A model generated the notes under the pieces. It worked only from the letters and a program-made list of their open reading frames with translations, was not told the origin of the DNA and ran no database searches. The position numbers were made by a program, and so were the translations under genes. Shown here one piece after another: positions 50,441 through 58,278 of a stretch of DNA of 64,000 bases. Origin of the DNA: Pedobacter sp. (GTDB lineage Bacteria > Desulfobacterota > Desulfuromonadia > Desulfuromonadales > Syntrophotaleaceae); NCBI GenBank assembly GCA_050253415.1, contig JBFWJC010000002.1:64001-128000 (forward strand), written 5' to 3'. The first letter of the stretch is position 1. Each line of letters begins with the position of its first letter.

Positions 50441-50556
50441 GTTTTAGTACCAAACTTACCGGCGGCAATGGAGCGCAGGAAACGTCCCTGAATTCCTCAC
50501 TGCGGCAAATTTGGAGCGCAGCGGAAAGTTTGTCCGACACCAGCGCATTGTTATGT
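50441..50556 (-). other. Chimeric or interrupted attC containing a REP-like motif
   Basis: ACATAAC left arm, then ggaattcagggacgtt, then a different attC-like right arm. Confidence 0.6.
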
Positions 50557-50567
50557 GAGGTTATCAC

Positions 50568-51428
50568 TCAGGCCACCTCTACCATCAGTGCTAAACACAT
50601 AATTCTTTCCCAATGGTTCACAAAGGGCGCAGCATCAATTGCGGGCTGCAAAATGGTGCTTTTTGCAACCTCAAGCTCCAATGGTATTTGCAACAAAGCT
50701 TGAATTTGCGCTAAATAAGTAACCAGCCTTGGGCCAGCCTCTTTTGAGAACCTTAAGTCTAAATTAAAATCATTAAAGTGTTTTTTTACTCGAAGTTTTT
50801 GGGTATCCTCCCAATGTTCTGGAGGTCTAACGAAGTACTCAATAACCCCAGGTTCACCGCCTGTATCTGCTGTATATCGAGCAAATATCCACTGCTCGTT
50901 GAAATACCGATCGTTATCCAAATATGGTTGAAGTACTTGTTCTGCTTCACTAGTGGCAAAGTTCTCTCCTTTGCCATCCATGTTGCAGTCTCTGCACGAG
51001 GGCACCAAGTTGACCGGCAATACCGAAAATTGTGGGTAGTGCGCTTTGGGCAGGAAATGATCCAAGTTTCGAGGGCGGCCGATACCACCGCAAAAAGGAC
51101 ATTTCTCGTTGGCCGCAGCCATCAAGGCATTATAAATTACGCGGGCAGGTTTATCCTCTTTTACAAAGTAAGTGCTATACAGCTTTAACAGATCCGATTT
51201 CTTTAGCTGCCCAACAACAACTGGGTCATGATCCCGGCCATTAGGAGTCGAAGGTATAGTGTACAGTTCTCCTCTAGAGGCTGACGCGGTATAGCCAACT
51301 GCACTAGCTTGCAAAAGGTGCATGTCGTTATCCACTTTTTGCAGTAATTCGTCATTGCCTGTGATTCCTTGGCGACACATTTCAATTACTTGCTCACTTG
51401 AATAAGCAGGTTGTTTAAGCTTTAACAT
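50568..51428 (-). CDS. HNH endonuclease (Septu PtuB-like)
   Basis: CPFCG...LDHFLPK...NLVPSCRDCN; TGATG coupling to the ATPase. Confidence 0.85.
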   Translation of the reverse strand: MLKLKQPAYSSEQVIEMCRQGITGNDELLQKVDNDMHLLQASAVGYTASASRGELYTIPSTPNGRDHDPVVVGQLKKSDLLKLYSTYFVKEDKPARVIYNALMAAANEKCPFCGGIGRPRNLDHFLPKAHYPQFSVLPVNLVPSCRDCNMDGKGENFATSEAEQVLQPYLDNDRYFNEQWIFARYTADTGGEPGVIEYFVRPPEHWEDTQKLRVKKHFNDFNLDLRFSKEAGPRLVTYLAQIQALLQIPLELEVAKSTILQPAIDAAPFVNHWERIMCLALMVEVA

Positions 51429-52945
51429 CAACCTGCGCTCCTATCGCGATGCGTTACAAGTGCTTTCAATAACGCACGCGCTTCTAAACCAAGTTGGTTG
51501 TTATATTCGTTCACTATCTGTTGGTATGAGCTTCCTCTCTCGACAGACTTTACCAATAAATCGTGAAAACCTGACTTCACCACTTCAAGCCCAAACACCT
51601 CTCTGGTTAAGACGCCAACATTTTCACCAAATGTCTCGATATCAGGTCTGCGCGGATCAGTGACCATACCAACCAGATTAATTTTCCAGGCACTAGACCT
51701 AGGAACTTCTTGCAGCACAACGGGTGAGTGTGTGGCTATAATTGACACACCATTTCGGTCATGAAGTAGTTCAGATAAAGCGCGAATAAAAGCTGATAGC
51801 AATGGTGGGTGAAGATGACTTTCTGGCTCATCAATAAGAACCAAAGTTTTTTCTTCAACGGTGGCAACTAGTCGAGTGATGGTTAGCAACACCACAGCAT
51901 GACCAGAGCTCATTCTTCTGATCGTTTTGTGCGCTTTTTTCGTTAGCTCCTCGCTGGAGAATTGAGTAAGGCCCTTCAATCCCATGCTTGCAAAATTTTC
52001 ATCTGATTCCAGTGTATCTATCGCTTTTAACCACCTATCGCGCTTAGAAATTTGACTAAAGCAAGATTTTAAAGCCTGGAGAAAGTCCTGGTGTATATCA
52101 TAAAGCCCCTTGAGAGTGTCACCTCCCTTTTTCAGTCCTATATAAAAATAACATGTCCCCAGAGAAGGATCTGGTTGTTCCATGGGAGGTTCAAAAGGGT
52201 CAAAAGCACTAAATGACACAGATACCAAACTACTGAAATAATCGGTATCAATAGGGCTGGCATGACAGCCCTCAACATCATAAAACTTGGCCTCTGACTG
52301 ACCTTTACTAGTGATGGCTTCGATCATCCCATTGAGGAGAGTTGTCTTGCCTACACCATTCCGGCCTATAATTGCATGAATATTAGTGCTCGGCCTTGAT
52401 TCAACCTCCACCTTAAACTTCAATTCGATACCAGAAATTTTATCTTTCCTGGGTCTAACAAACTTGAACTCAAAATTTGTCAGTGGGGGAAGGCAAGCCA
52501 ATACCCTAGAATACTGCCCTTTAATGACAGATAAGCTGACACCTCTCAGCAAGGAGGTTCGAAAAACTTCCTCCTCTTGAGCAAGCTCAATCAACTCAGG
52601 AGTTAAAACGATGTCTTTTAATGCTGTGAGTAATTTATTTCTGAACTGTACTGGCAAAGAAGATATTTTTTTGTAATAGTCAACATCTTGACCCACAGAA
52701 AAATACCCATCAGGCAACTGCTGGAAGGAATTGCTTAGTAATGAGTAAGTTGTTTTTTCTTTTGTTTGACCTTTAAAGCCAATTTTTACATTACCAAGGT
52801 CATGGAGAGACCCCTTATCGTCATGTAATTCTAGGTAAAACATGGTTACAAACGAGAAGTCATTCCAGTGGTCAATGGTTAGATAAGCAGTATTCAACCC
52901 AGACGGAGGAGTTTTTGCATCTCTTGGCAAAATAATAAAGTTCAT
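51428..52945 (-). CDS. ABC-type ATPase (Septu PtuA-like)
   Basis: GRNGVGKT, MSSG, LIDEPESHLHP, ATHSP; no TM partner gene. Confidence 0.88.
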   Translation of the reverse strand: MNFIILPRDAKTPPSGLNTAYLTIDHWNDFSFVTMFYLELHDDKGSLHDLGNVKIGFKGQTKEKTTYSLLSNSFQQLPDGYFSVGQDVDYYKKISSLPVQFRNKLLTALKDIVLTPELIELAQEEEVFRTSLLRGVSLSVIKGQYSRVLACLPPLTNFEFKFVRPRKDKISGIELKFKVEVESRPSTNIHAIIGRNGVGKTTLLNGMIEAITSKGQSEAKFYDVEGCHASPIDTDYFSSLVSVSFSAFDPFEPPMEQPDPSLGTCYFYIGLKKGGDTLKGLYDIHQDFLQALKSCFSQISKRDRWLKAIDTLESDENFASMGLKGLTQFSSEELTKKAHKTIRRMSSGHAVVLLTITRLVATVEEKTLVLIDEPESHLHPPLLSAFIRALSELLHDRNGVSIIATHSPVVLQEVPRSSAWKINLVGMVTDPRRPDIETFGENVGVLTREVFGLEVVKSGFHDLLVKSVERGSSYQQIVNEYNNQLGLEARALLKALVTHRDRSAG

Positions 52946-52976
52946 TTTTTAACACTACTTATTATCGGTGAATATC

Positions 52977-53079
52977 ACATAAATAATTGGTTTAAGCGGC
53001 AGCCCACCGCAGAACAAACTGGTTGATACTATTAGGGAAGTCCCCCGCTTCTTCTGTCCGCCTGAAATTCTTGTTAGCT
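52977..53079 (-). other. attC site (G of R' box mutated to T)
   Basis: AGCTAAC-aagaatttcaggcgg...ccgcttaaaccaatta-TTTATGT. Confidence 0.75.
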
Positions 53080-53083
53080 TTAC

Positions 53084-54085
53084 TTATTCCCAAGACTCGC
53101 CATTTAATTTGTTTGCTAGGTCCCTCGAATTAGTACATTCACCCACTAAACCATAAAAATACTTTTTTGATTGAAACATGCCCCCACTTGAGACTTTTCT
53201 GAAGTTTGTTTCTGAGCCATTAGACAGAATAAAAACTTGGAGGGGGGTCTTTTCGTTTTCTGCGGTCCTGTGCGCAGATGCGCTGATATGACCAATTGCA
53301 ATCTCTTCCAGTTTTTTATTTGATATATCTTTGTTTTTCCACTTCAACTTGACGTTTGACATATTTACGTCAACTGAAACAACCGCATCTATTTCGTATA
53401 TTTTTGATACGTTTTTATTGGCGTATGGGCCAAAGAACTTGGCTCGCCGATGTCTATAGGCCCCACCTTTGTCTGGGCACATATATGCTCCATTTTTAAC
53501 CTCATGTAGAGTTCCTCTGCAATTTACTACTTCCAAAAGTTTTTTCCATCTAGGCAAGCGTCCACTTCTATCTAAGTAGTTTTCGAACTCTTCAAGGTGG
53601 CTTTTAAAAACATCAGAAGACCGCGCTCCTTTTAAGCATTTCATAAATTCTTCAAAAGAAATAGCCTGTAGAATTATGCCTGACTCCTGCGCCACTGCTC
53701 TATCTTTAGAGAATCTTTCTTCATATTCTTCTGTTTGAAAATTTGATATTAGGAAAAGGATTTTTGTGCCGTTCTCAGAGCTAAGGCCATCAATATGCCT
53801 CTTAATCTGGCTTGAATAAAACCAGTCGGTGAGTTTTGTTTCGAAAAATATGGAAAAAGCCTTTTGGCTAATTGAAAGGTCCGGAATACTTTTTACCTCT
53901 TTATGTTGCTGGGCAAATGTTGGCCCTACCATTAGGTCAACATCACCAGATACCATTGATGTGATGGTTTCTTCGAAACTTGCTGGATTCTCAGAATAGA
54001 GCAACTTAAGAATGAGACCACAGTAATTAGTAAGTGAATTCTCTTTTTGGCGATAATCAGAAAAGAGTGAAATTTCTCGCCCCAT
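53084..54085 (-). CDS. Putative PD-(D/E)XK nuclease-domain protein (cassette)
   Basis: ENSLT helix, then IPDLSISQKAFSIFFETK (PD...ExK); start set at MGREI after the attC. Confidence 0.65.
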   Translation of the reverse strand: MGREISLFSDYRQKENSLTNYCGLILKLLYSENPASFEETITSMVSGDVDLMVGPTFAQQHKEVKSIPDLSISQKAFSIFFETKLTDWFYSSQIKRHIDGLSSENGTKILFLISNFQTEEYEERFSKDRAVAQESGIILQAISFEEFMKCLKGARSSDVFKSHLEEFENYLDRSGRLPRWKKLLEVVNCRGTLHEVKNGAYMCPDKGGAYRHRRAKFFGPYANKNVSKIYEIDAVVSVDVNMSNVKLKWKNKDISNKKLEEIAIGHISASAHRTAENEKTPLQVFILSNGSETNFRKVSSGGMFQSKKYFYGLVGECTNSRDLANKLNGESWE

Positions 54086-54109
54086 TTTTTTCCTTTTAAT
54101 TGTTTTGAA

Positions 54110-54227
54110 CGCTAACTGTTTATGATAACCGGCGGCGACGAACTGCTCGAACACCACCGCAATTTTAGATTTTGTTTCTCAATTTTGCACAGAAGCGTTT
54201 TCCGGCTGGTTGATTATGTTGTTAGGT
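54110..54227 (-). other. attC site
   Basis: ACCTAAC-aacataatcaaccag...ccggttatcataaaca-GTTAGCG. Confidence 0.82.
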
Positions 54228-54834
54228 TTTTCATTTTCAAACCAATGTCAGCATCTAAAGTTTTTAGATTTTCAATTATAAATTCAATGTCTTCTATTGT
54301 TTCTTCTACAGAAATTTCAGACGGGTGCAAAGTGACAAAGTCTTTCATTCTTTTGGAGTAAAACTCTTTTGTTTTTGGGTGGACAAGGCTATTTCTTTTG
54401 TCAAATAACTTTCTTGTCCAGTTTAATAATTCGTCATTTTTTTTAAGTTTTACCTCGAGACACATTAATAAGATTAACGACAGTTTTTCTGTAATGCCTA
54501 CACGCTCTAGATTCCTTTTGTAAAATTCACTACCAAGTCTCACTGCGCCGTAGTAATTTATTAAGCCTTCTACAGTCATGCATGCAAACAAAATTGAAGA
54601 TGTTGCGTATCTGTAGGCTTCTTCTCGTAGCCTATCGGTTTTGTAGCAAACAAATGATTCAATATTTTCCTGTCCAATGTCATAATTTTCTTTTCTTATT
54701 TTTTCCTCTTCTTCCGACAGAGTGGCTAATAATTTATTGTATTCATCTTTAAACTTGTACGCGGACTCATAATAAAAACGATGGGAACTTACCCACGCAC
54801 CGTCGGTGGCATAGGGGCGAATGTTTTTTGTCAT
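54214..54834 (-). CDS. HEPN-like protein (cassette)
   Basis: Helical; SSILFACMTVEGLIN followed by RNSLVH (Rx4H). Confidence 0.65.
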   Translation of the reverse strand: MTKNIRPYATDGAWVSSHRFYYESAYKFKDEYNKLLATLSEEEEKIRKENYDIGQENIESFVCYKTDRLREEAYRYATSSILFACMTVEGLINYYGAVRLGSEFYKRNLERVGITEKLSLILLMCLEVKLKKNDELLNWTRKLFDKRNSLVHPKTKEFYSKRMKDFVTLHPSEISVEETIEDIEFIIENLKTLDADIGLKMKNLTT

Positions 54835-54842
54835 ATTTTAAA

Positions 54843-54946
54843 AGCTAACGTTGTGGTAACCGGCTGCGTCGTGCCGGAACAAATTAGTAGAGACCTTTAC
54901 GGGAGTCGCCCCTGTATCACCAGTCCGGTTGACCTATTGGTTGGGA
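54843..54946 (-). other. attC site
   Basis: TCCCAAC-caataggtcaaccgg...ccggttaccacaac-GTTAGCT. Confidence 0.82.
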
Positions 54947-55075
54947 ATGGTGTAGGGCTTTGGTCTCATCATCATTCCAGACTCTGGGAATGATTTGAAG
55001 GTGCATGAGAAAACTCAACCCCTGATCATCAAAATATAAGCTTTCTCGCATCTTTCAATGTCGGATATCTTCAAG

Positions 55076-55408
55076 TCACTGAGCTCCTAAACGGACTATG
55101 CCATAATCAACTCCACCACGGGGCGAAGGGGCAAGTTTGACTTCATAAGTAACTTTCTTTCCATTACTATCAATATTCCAGTGCTCAACATATGATGACC
55201 CCTCTTTTCCAACCGTGTTAGCTGAAAGCAATTTGGGGTGAGCGTCTCCTCCTGCTGCTGACTCATATATGCCAATCATCCGCATTACATCAGACTGCAA
55301 TTTTGCATCAGCCACCGTTCCGTGAGATTGTGGGGCTACTGCACAGCCAGCAGCAATGAGTGCAATAAATACAAATGCAATGGGAAGTACTTTAAGAATC
55401 AACCTCAT
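55076..55408 (-). CDS. Small lipoprotein, first cassette of the array
   Basis: GGAGG RBS; AAGC lipobox; bounded by GTTGGGC and TCCCAAC. Confidence 0.75.
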   Translation of the reverse strand: MRLILKVLPIAFVFIALIAAGCAVAPQSHGTVADAKLQSDVMRMIGIYESAAGGDAHPKLLSANTVGKEGSSYVEHWNIDSNGKKVTYEVKLAPSPRGGVDYGIVRLGAQ

Positions 55409-55434
55409 GCCATCCTCCAAGTTAAAGTGTTCAT

Positions 55435-55500
55435 GCCCAACATTGTTGATAAGCGGAAAACTGTCCATCATATTACCCTTATAGAATGGACTATTTTCCA
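55435..55500 (-). other. Putative attI site
   Basis: GTTGGGC core matching the first cassette's TCCCAAC, with no attC hairpin upstream. Confidence 0.5.
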
Positions 55501-55929
55501 TTTATTGAATTATTAAAGGGGTAAAAGTGGAAAATATCGCCTTGATTTTTCCACCTGCTGATAAAGCCATGCCTGCATAGTTGCGCCGAGCAAGTTGCCT
55601 TGGTAGTCGGCCATAAAAAAGCCGCCCTCCGGTTCTTCTCCGGTTGGACGGCTCTAGTTGACCCCTGCGGTATATCTATTTGTCGGCATGTTCCCTCCTA
55701 AAAGATTCCACATTGACGATTCGCAAATGTAACTAATTTAACTATTGCAGGTCAAGGATTGAGTATGTCTTTGGAGAAAAAGTGGATTGTACCAGGGCGA
55801 AGCATAATCCGACGCCCAGGCTAATGCTCCAGGCTATGAGAAAAGCCTCCGGTTCAGCGATCGTGGGCTTTTTCTTATGGAAATATAGATACTTATATAA
55901 TTTCAGCACCCTTGGTTTATGCTCAAAGG

Positions 55930-56892
55930 TTACAGCGAAGACTGACGGTGTCTGATGAATGTTACGGCTCTTTCTTCAGACCAGTAACGGCCACCCCGAT
56001 TCATCGCCACAAAACCTACATGCCCGCCGTCTCGGGTGATCTCCAACGTGGTGTTCGGATTGCCTGCACACTCTTTCACCGGGTAACAGCCGCCTTCCAG
56101 GAAGGGGTCATCCAGAGAATTGACGATCAGCGATGGAACCTTGATCTGTTCTAGCCAGGGGAGGCAACTGCATTTCTCCCAATAGTCTTCGGCGCTGTTA
56201 AATCCATGAATGGGGGCCGTATATCTGCCGTCAAAATCCCGGAATGTTTTGAGCTTGTCATAATGATTATCGTCGATGTGTTGCGGGAACTGGACTTGCT
56301 TGGCTTTGACTTTTTCATGCAGCATTTTCAGGAAACGTTTCATGTACAGGGTGTTCGCTCTTCTTTCCAATGCGATGGAAGACGCCGTCAGGTCGCAGGG
56401 GACGGAGAAGGTAATGCTTCCTTTCACCGCCTCGGGTATCGTTTGGGCTTGCTTACCGAGATAAAGAAGGGTCATGTTGCCGCCCATGCTGAAACCGATG
56501 AGAAAGATATTTTTATACGACGACGCGGCATAATCGATGACGGTATGCAGGTCGTCAATAGCGCCGTTGTGGTATAAGCGAAACCGCCGATTCGGTTCTC
56601 CGCTGCACCCGCGATAGTTCCAGGCGAGGGCATCGATGCCTTCCTGGTTCATGGCACGAACCATCCCTTTGACATAGGCTCTGTGGGAATTTCCTTCGAG
56701 GCCGTGGGAAATGATGGCAAGGCTGTTGCTGCCGATGATCGACCAATCGAGGTCGAGAAAGTCCTGGTCGGGGGTTTCCAGGCGCTGACGCTGATAGACC
56801 ACATTGTCCACTTTTCGGAACAGGGTCGGGCAGATGGTGTGAACGTGTCCGTTGCGAAACCATAACGGCGCCCTGTAGTCGGAATTAATCAT
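55930..56892 (-). CDS. YheT-like alpha/beta hydrolase
   Basis: HGLEG, NYRGCSG, GFSMGG, DDPF, GGHVGF. Confidence 0.9.
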   Translation of the reverse strand: MINSDYRAPLWFRNGHVHTICPTLFRKVDNVVYQRQRLETPDQDFLDLDWSIIGSNSLAIISHGLEGNSHRAYVKGMVRAMNQEGIDALAWNYRGCSGEPNRRFRLYHNGAIDDLHTVIDYAASSYKNIFLIGFSMGGNMTLLYLGKQAQTIPEAVKGSITFSVPCDLTASSIALERRANTLYMKRFLKMLHEKVKAKQVQFPQHIDDNHYDKLKTFRDFDGRYTAPIHGFNSAEDYWEKCSCLPWLEQIKVPSLIVNSLDDPFLEGGCYPVKECAGNPNTTLEITRDGGHVGFVAMNRGGRYWSEERAVTFIRHRQSSL

Positions 56893-57070
56893 GGCAGAAC
56901 CTGCATTAAGAAAACGGCACCAAGGATGCCGTTTGCATGTTTAAAAGATGGCGATCTTTAAAAAGTCCGACTGGACAATGCATCGAACCCTTTACTTTGA
57001 CGGGCAAAGCGAAGCATGGCTTCCCTGGATAAATGGAAGGATTAATCGGCAACAGCTTAGAGCGGTGTCG

Positions 57071-57292
57071 CTATTGGATGCTGCAGACCTCCGGCCTATA
57101 GGCCAGCAACACGACGTGCAGGTCTTTTTCCAGCTTCTGCACCTTTTCAAGATCTTTTTCGCGAAGCTGTTTCACGGCGTTGCGAGGTTCGAGGGCGAGG
57201 ATGCAGGCCCCCAGTTCTTTTTCCAGGTTACGGATTTTGGCGATGGAAGATTCATCAAGATTGTTTGCGACTTTGTAATTTTCAGTGGCCAT
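57071..57292 (-). CDS. Small hypothetical protein with internal repeat
   Basis: GGAG RBS; two KI/V..LEK.L....LA repeats. Confidence 0.6.
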   Translation of the reverse strand: MATENYKVANNLDESSIAKIRNLEKELGACILALEPRNAVKQLREKDLEKVQKLEKDLHVVLLAYRPEVCSIQ

Positions 57293-57522
57293 GATGCTCT
57301 CCTTTGCTGCGGGAGGTTAAGCATTTTTCAATGCCATGGTTTCAGCTTAATGGCGGGTTCTGCTTTTTGTCAACCGATGCCTATGGCGTCTATTTATTAT
57401 ATCGCTTCGCCGACGTTAATGCGTTTCGCCGGGCGTTTCCTCTCTGAGGTGTCGCCGTTGTCTTGGTAATGTTTGTCGGCAGGATCCTGGCGATTCACCG
57501 ATTCCCTATGCGGCCTTGATAC

Positions 57523-57561
57523 AAAAAAATGGCCTTCCGAATGACGGAAGACCATTTTTTC
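57523..57561. terminator. Bidirectional terminator
   Basis: aaaaaaatggccttccg..cggaagaccattttttt. Confidence 0.7.
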
Positions 57562-57799
57562 ATTATATCGAAGTCAGAAATTCGGGCGTTGTTTACTGTG
57601 TGTCACCATAGAAAGGTTGAGCCGGTTTACCTATGGCGTCGTAGTGTCAATGCCCTTGTGAGGCTTGACCGTTTGGTAGAAATTGACGAAGCTCAGTAGG
57701 CTGATCTGAGATTTTCCCGAAGCACAAATGCCTCCTGTGGGACCTTTTTCAATCCTACCGTTCCTCAGCCTGGGACAGATAATGTATTGAGGCTAGGGA

Positions 57800-57949
57800 T
57801 TAATACGCTGGTTTGAATTCATGGCCGCAGTAAGGGCATTTTACCGTTGAGCCGGTATCCCCGTTAGCCATGTGGCTTCCGGTTGAGGCGCAACCGGCCA
57901 ATAAAAGAGCCGCAACCAAAATTCCGAACAGGACTTTAAATCGTTTCAT
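57800..57949 (-). CDS. 49-aa lipoprotein with CPYC motif
   Basis: GGAG RBS, LAGC lipobox, VKCPYCGHEF. Confidence 0.7.
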   Translation of the reverse strand: MKRFKVLFGILVAALLLAGCASTGSHMANGDTGSTVKCPYCGHEFKPAY

Positions 57950-58177
57950 AACCACATCTCCTTCCTCGTTTTCCTGCCGCAGGTAAGAAGTTTCCCGTTT
58001 GCCAGATTGGCAAACCGTCCAGTTACTAATGTTTAGTATAGCCCTTTTTGAATTTTTTTCCAAAAAAAGCCCAACTTACGATGGCTTAGAGCGGTGTTGG
58101 AATGATTGCGATGGCTGTAAGCTTCCGAAATGATTATGATACGTTGCCACAGTTGGTGACCGTTTTGCTGGTCGATA

Positions 58178-58222
58178 ATAAAAAATCCCCCTTCCTCAAA
58201 AGTTGAGGAAGGGGGATTGATT
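58178..58222. terminator. Intrinsic terminator after M23 peptidase
   Basis: aatcccccttcctcaa..ttgaggaagggggatt. Confidence 0.75.
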
Positions 58223-58278
58223 TGAACAACACACCTGTTTATGTGGCGTGCGTGGGTATTCTTTTGTGGACACATGGT

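Noticed and set aside
50568..52945. Retron-associated PtuAB system
   Set aside because: No reverse transcriptase gene or msr-msd region in the cassette or window.
55500..55930. Integron integrase gene next to the putative attI
   Set aside because: No ORF of suitable length and no tyrosine-recombinase motifs seen here or elsewhere in the window.
57321..57336. Second sigma-54 promoter (TGGCATTGAAAAATGC, minus strand)
   Set aside because: GG-to-GC spacing is 11 nt instead of the required 10.
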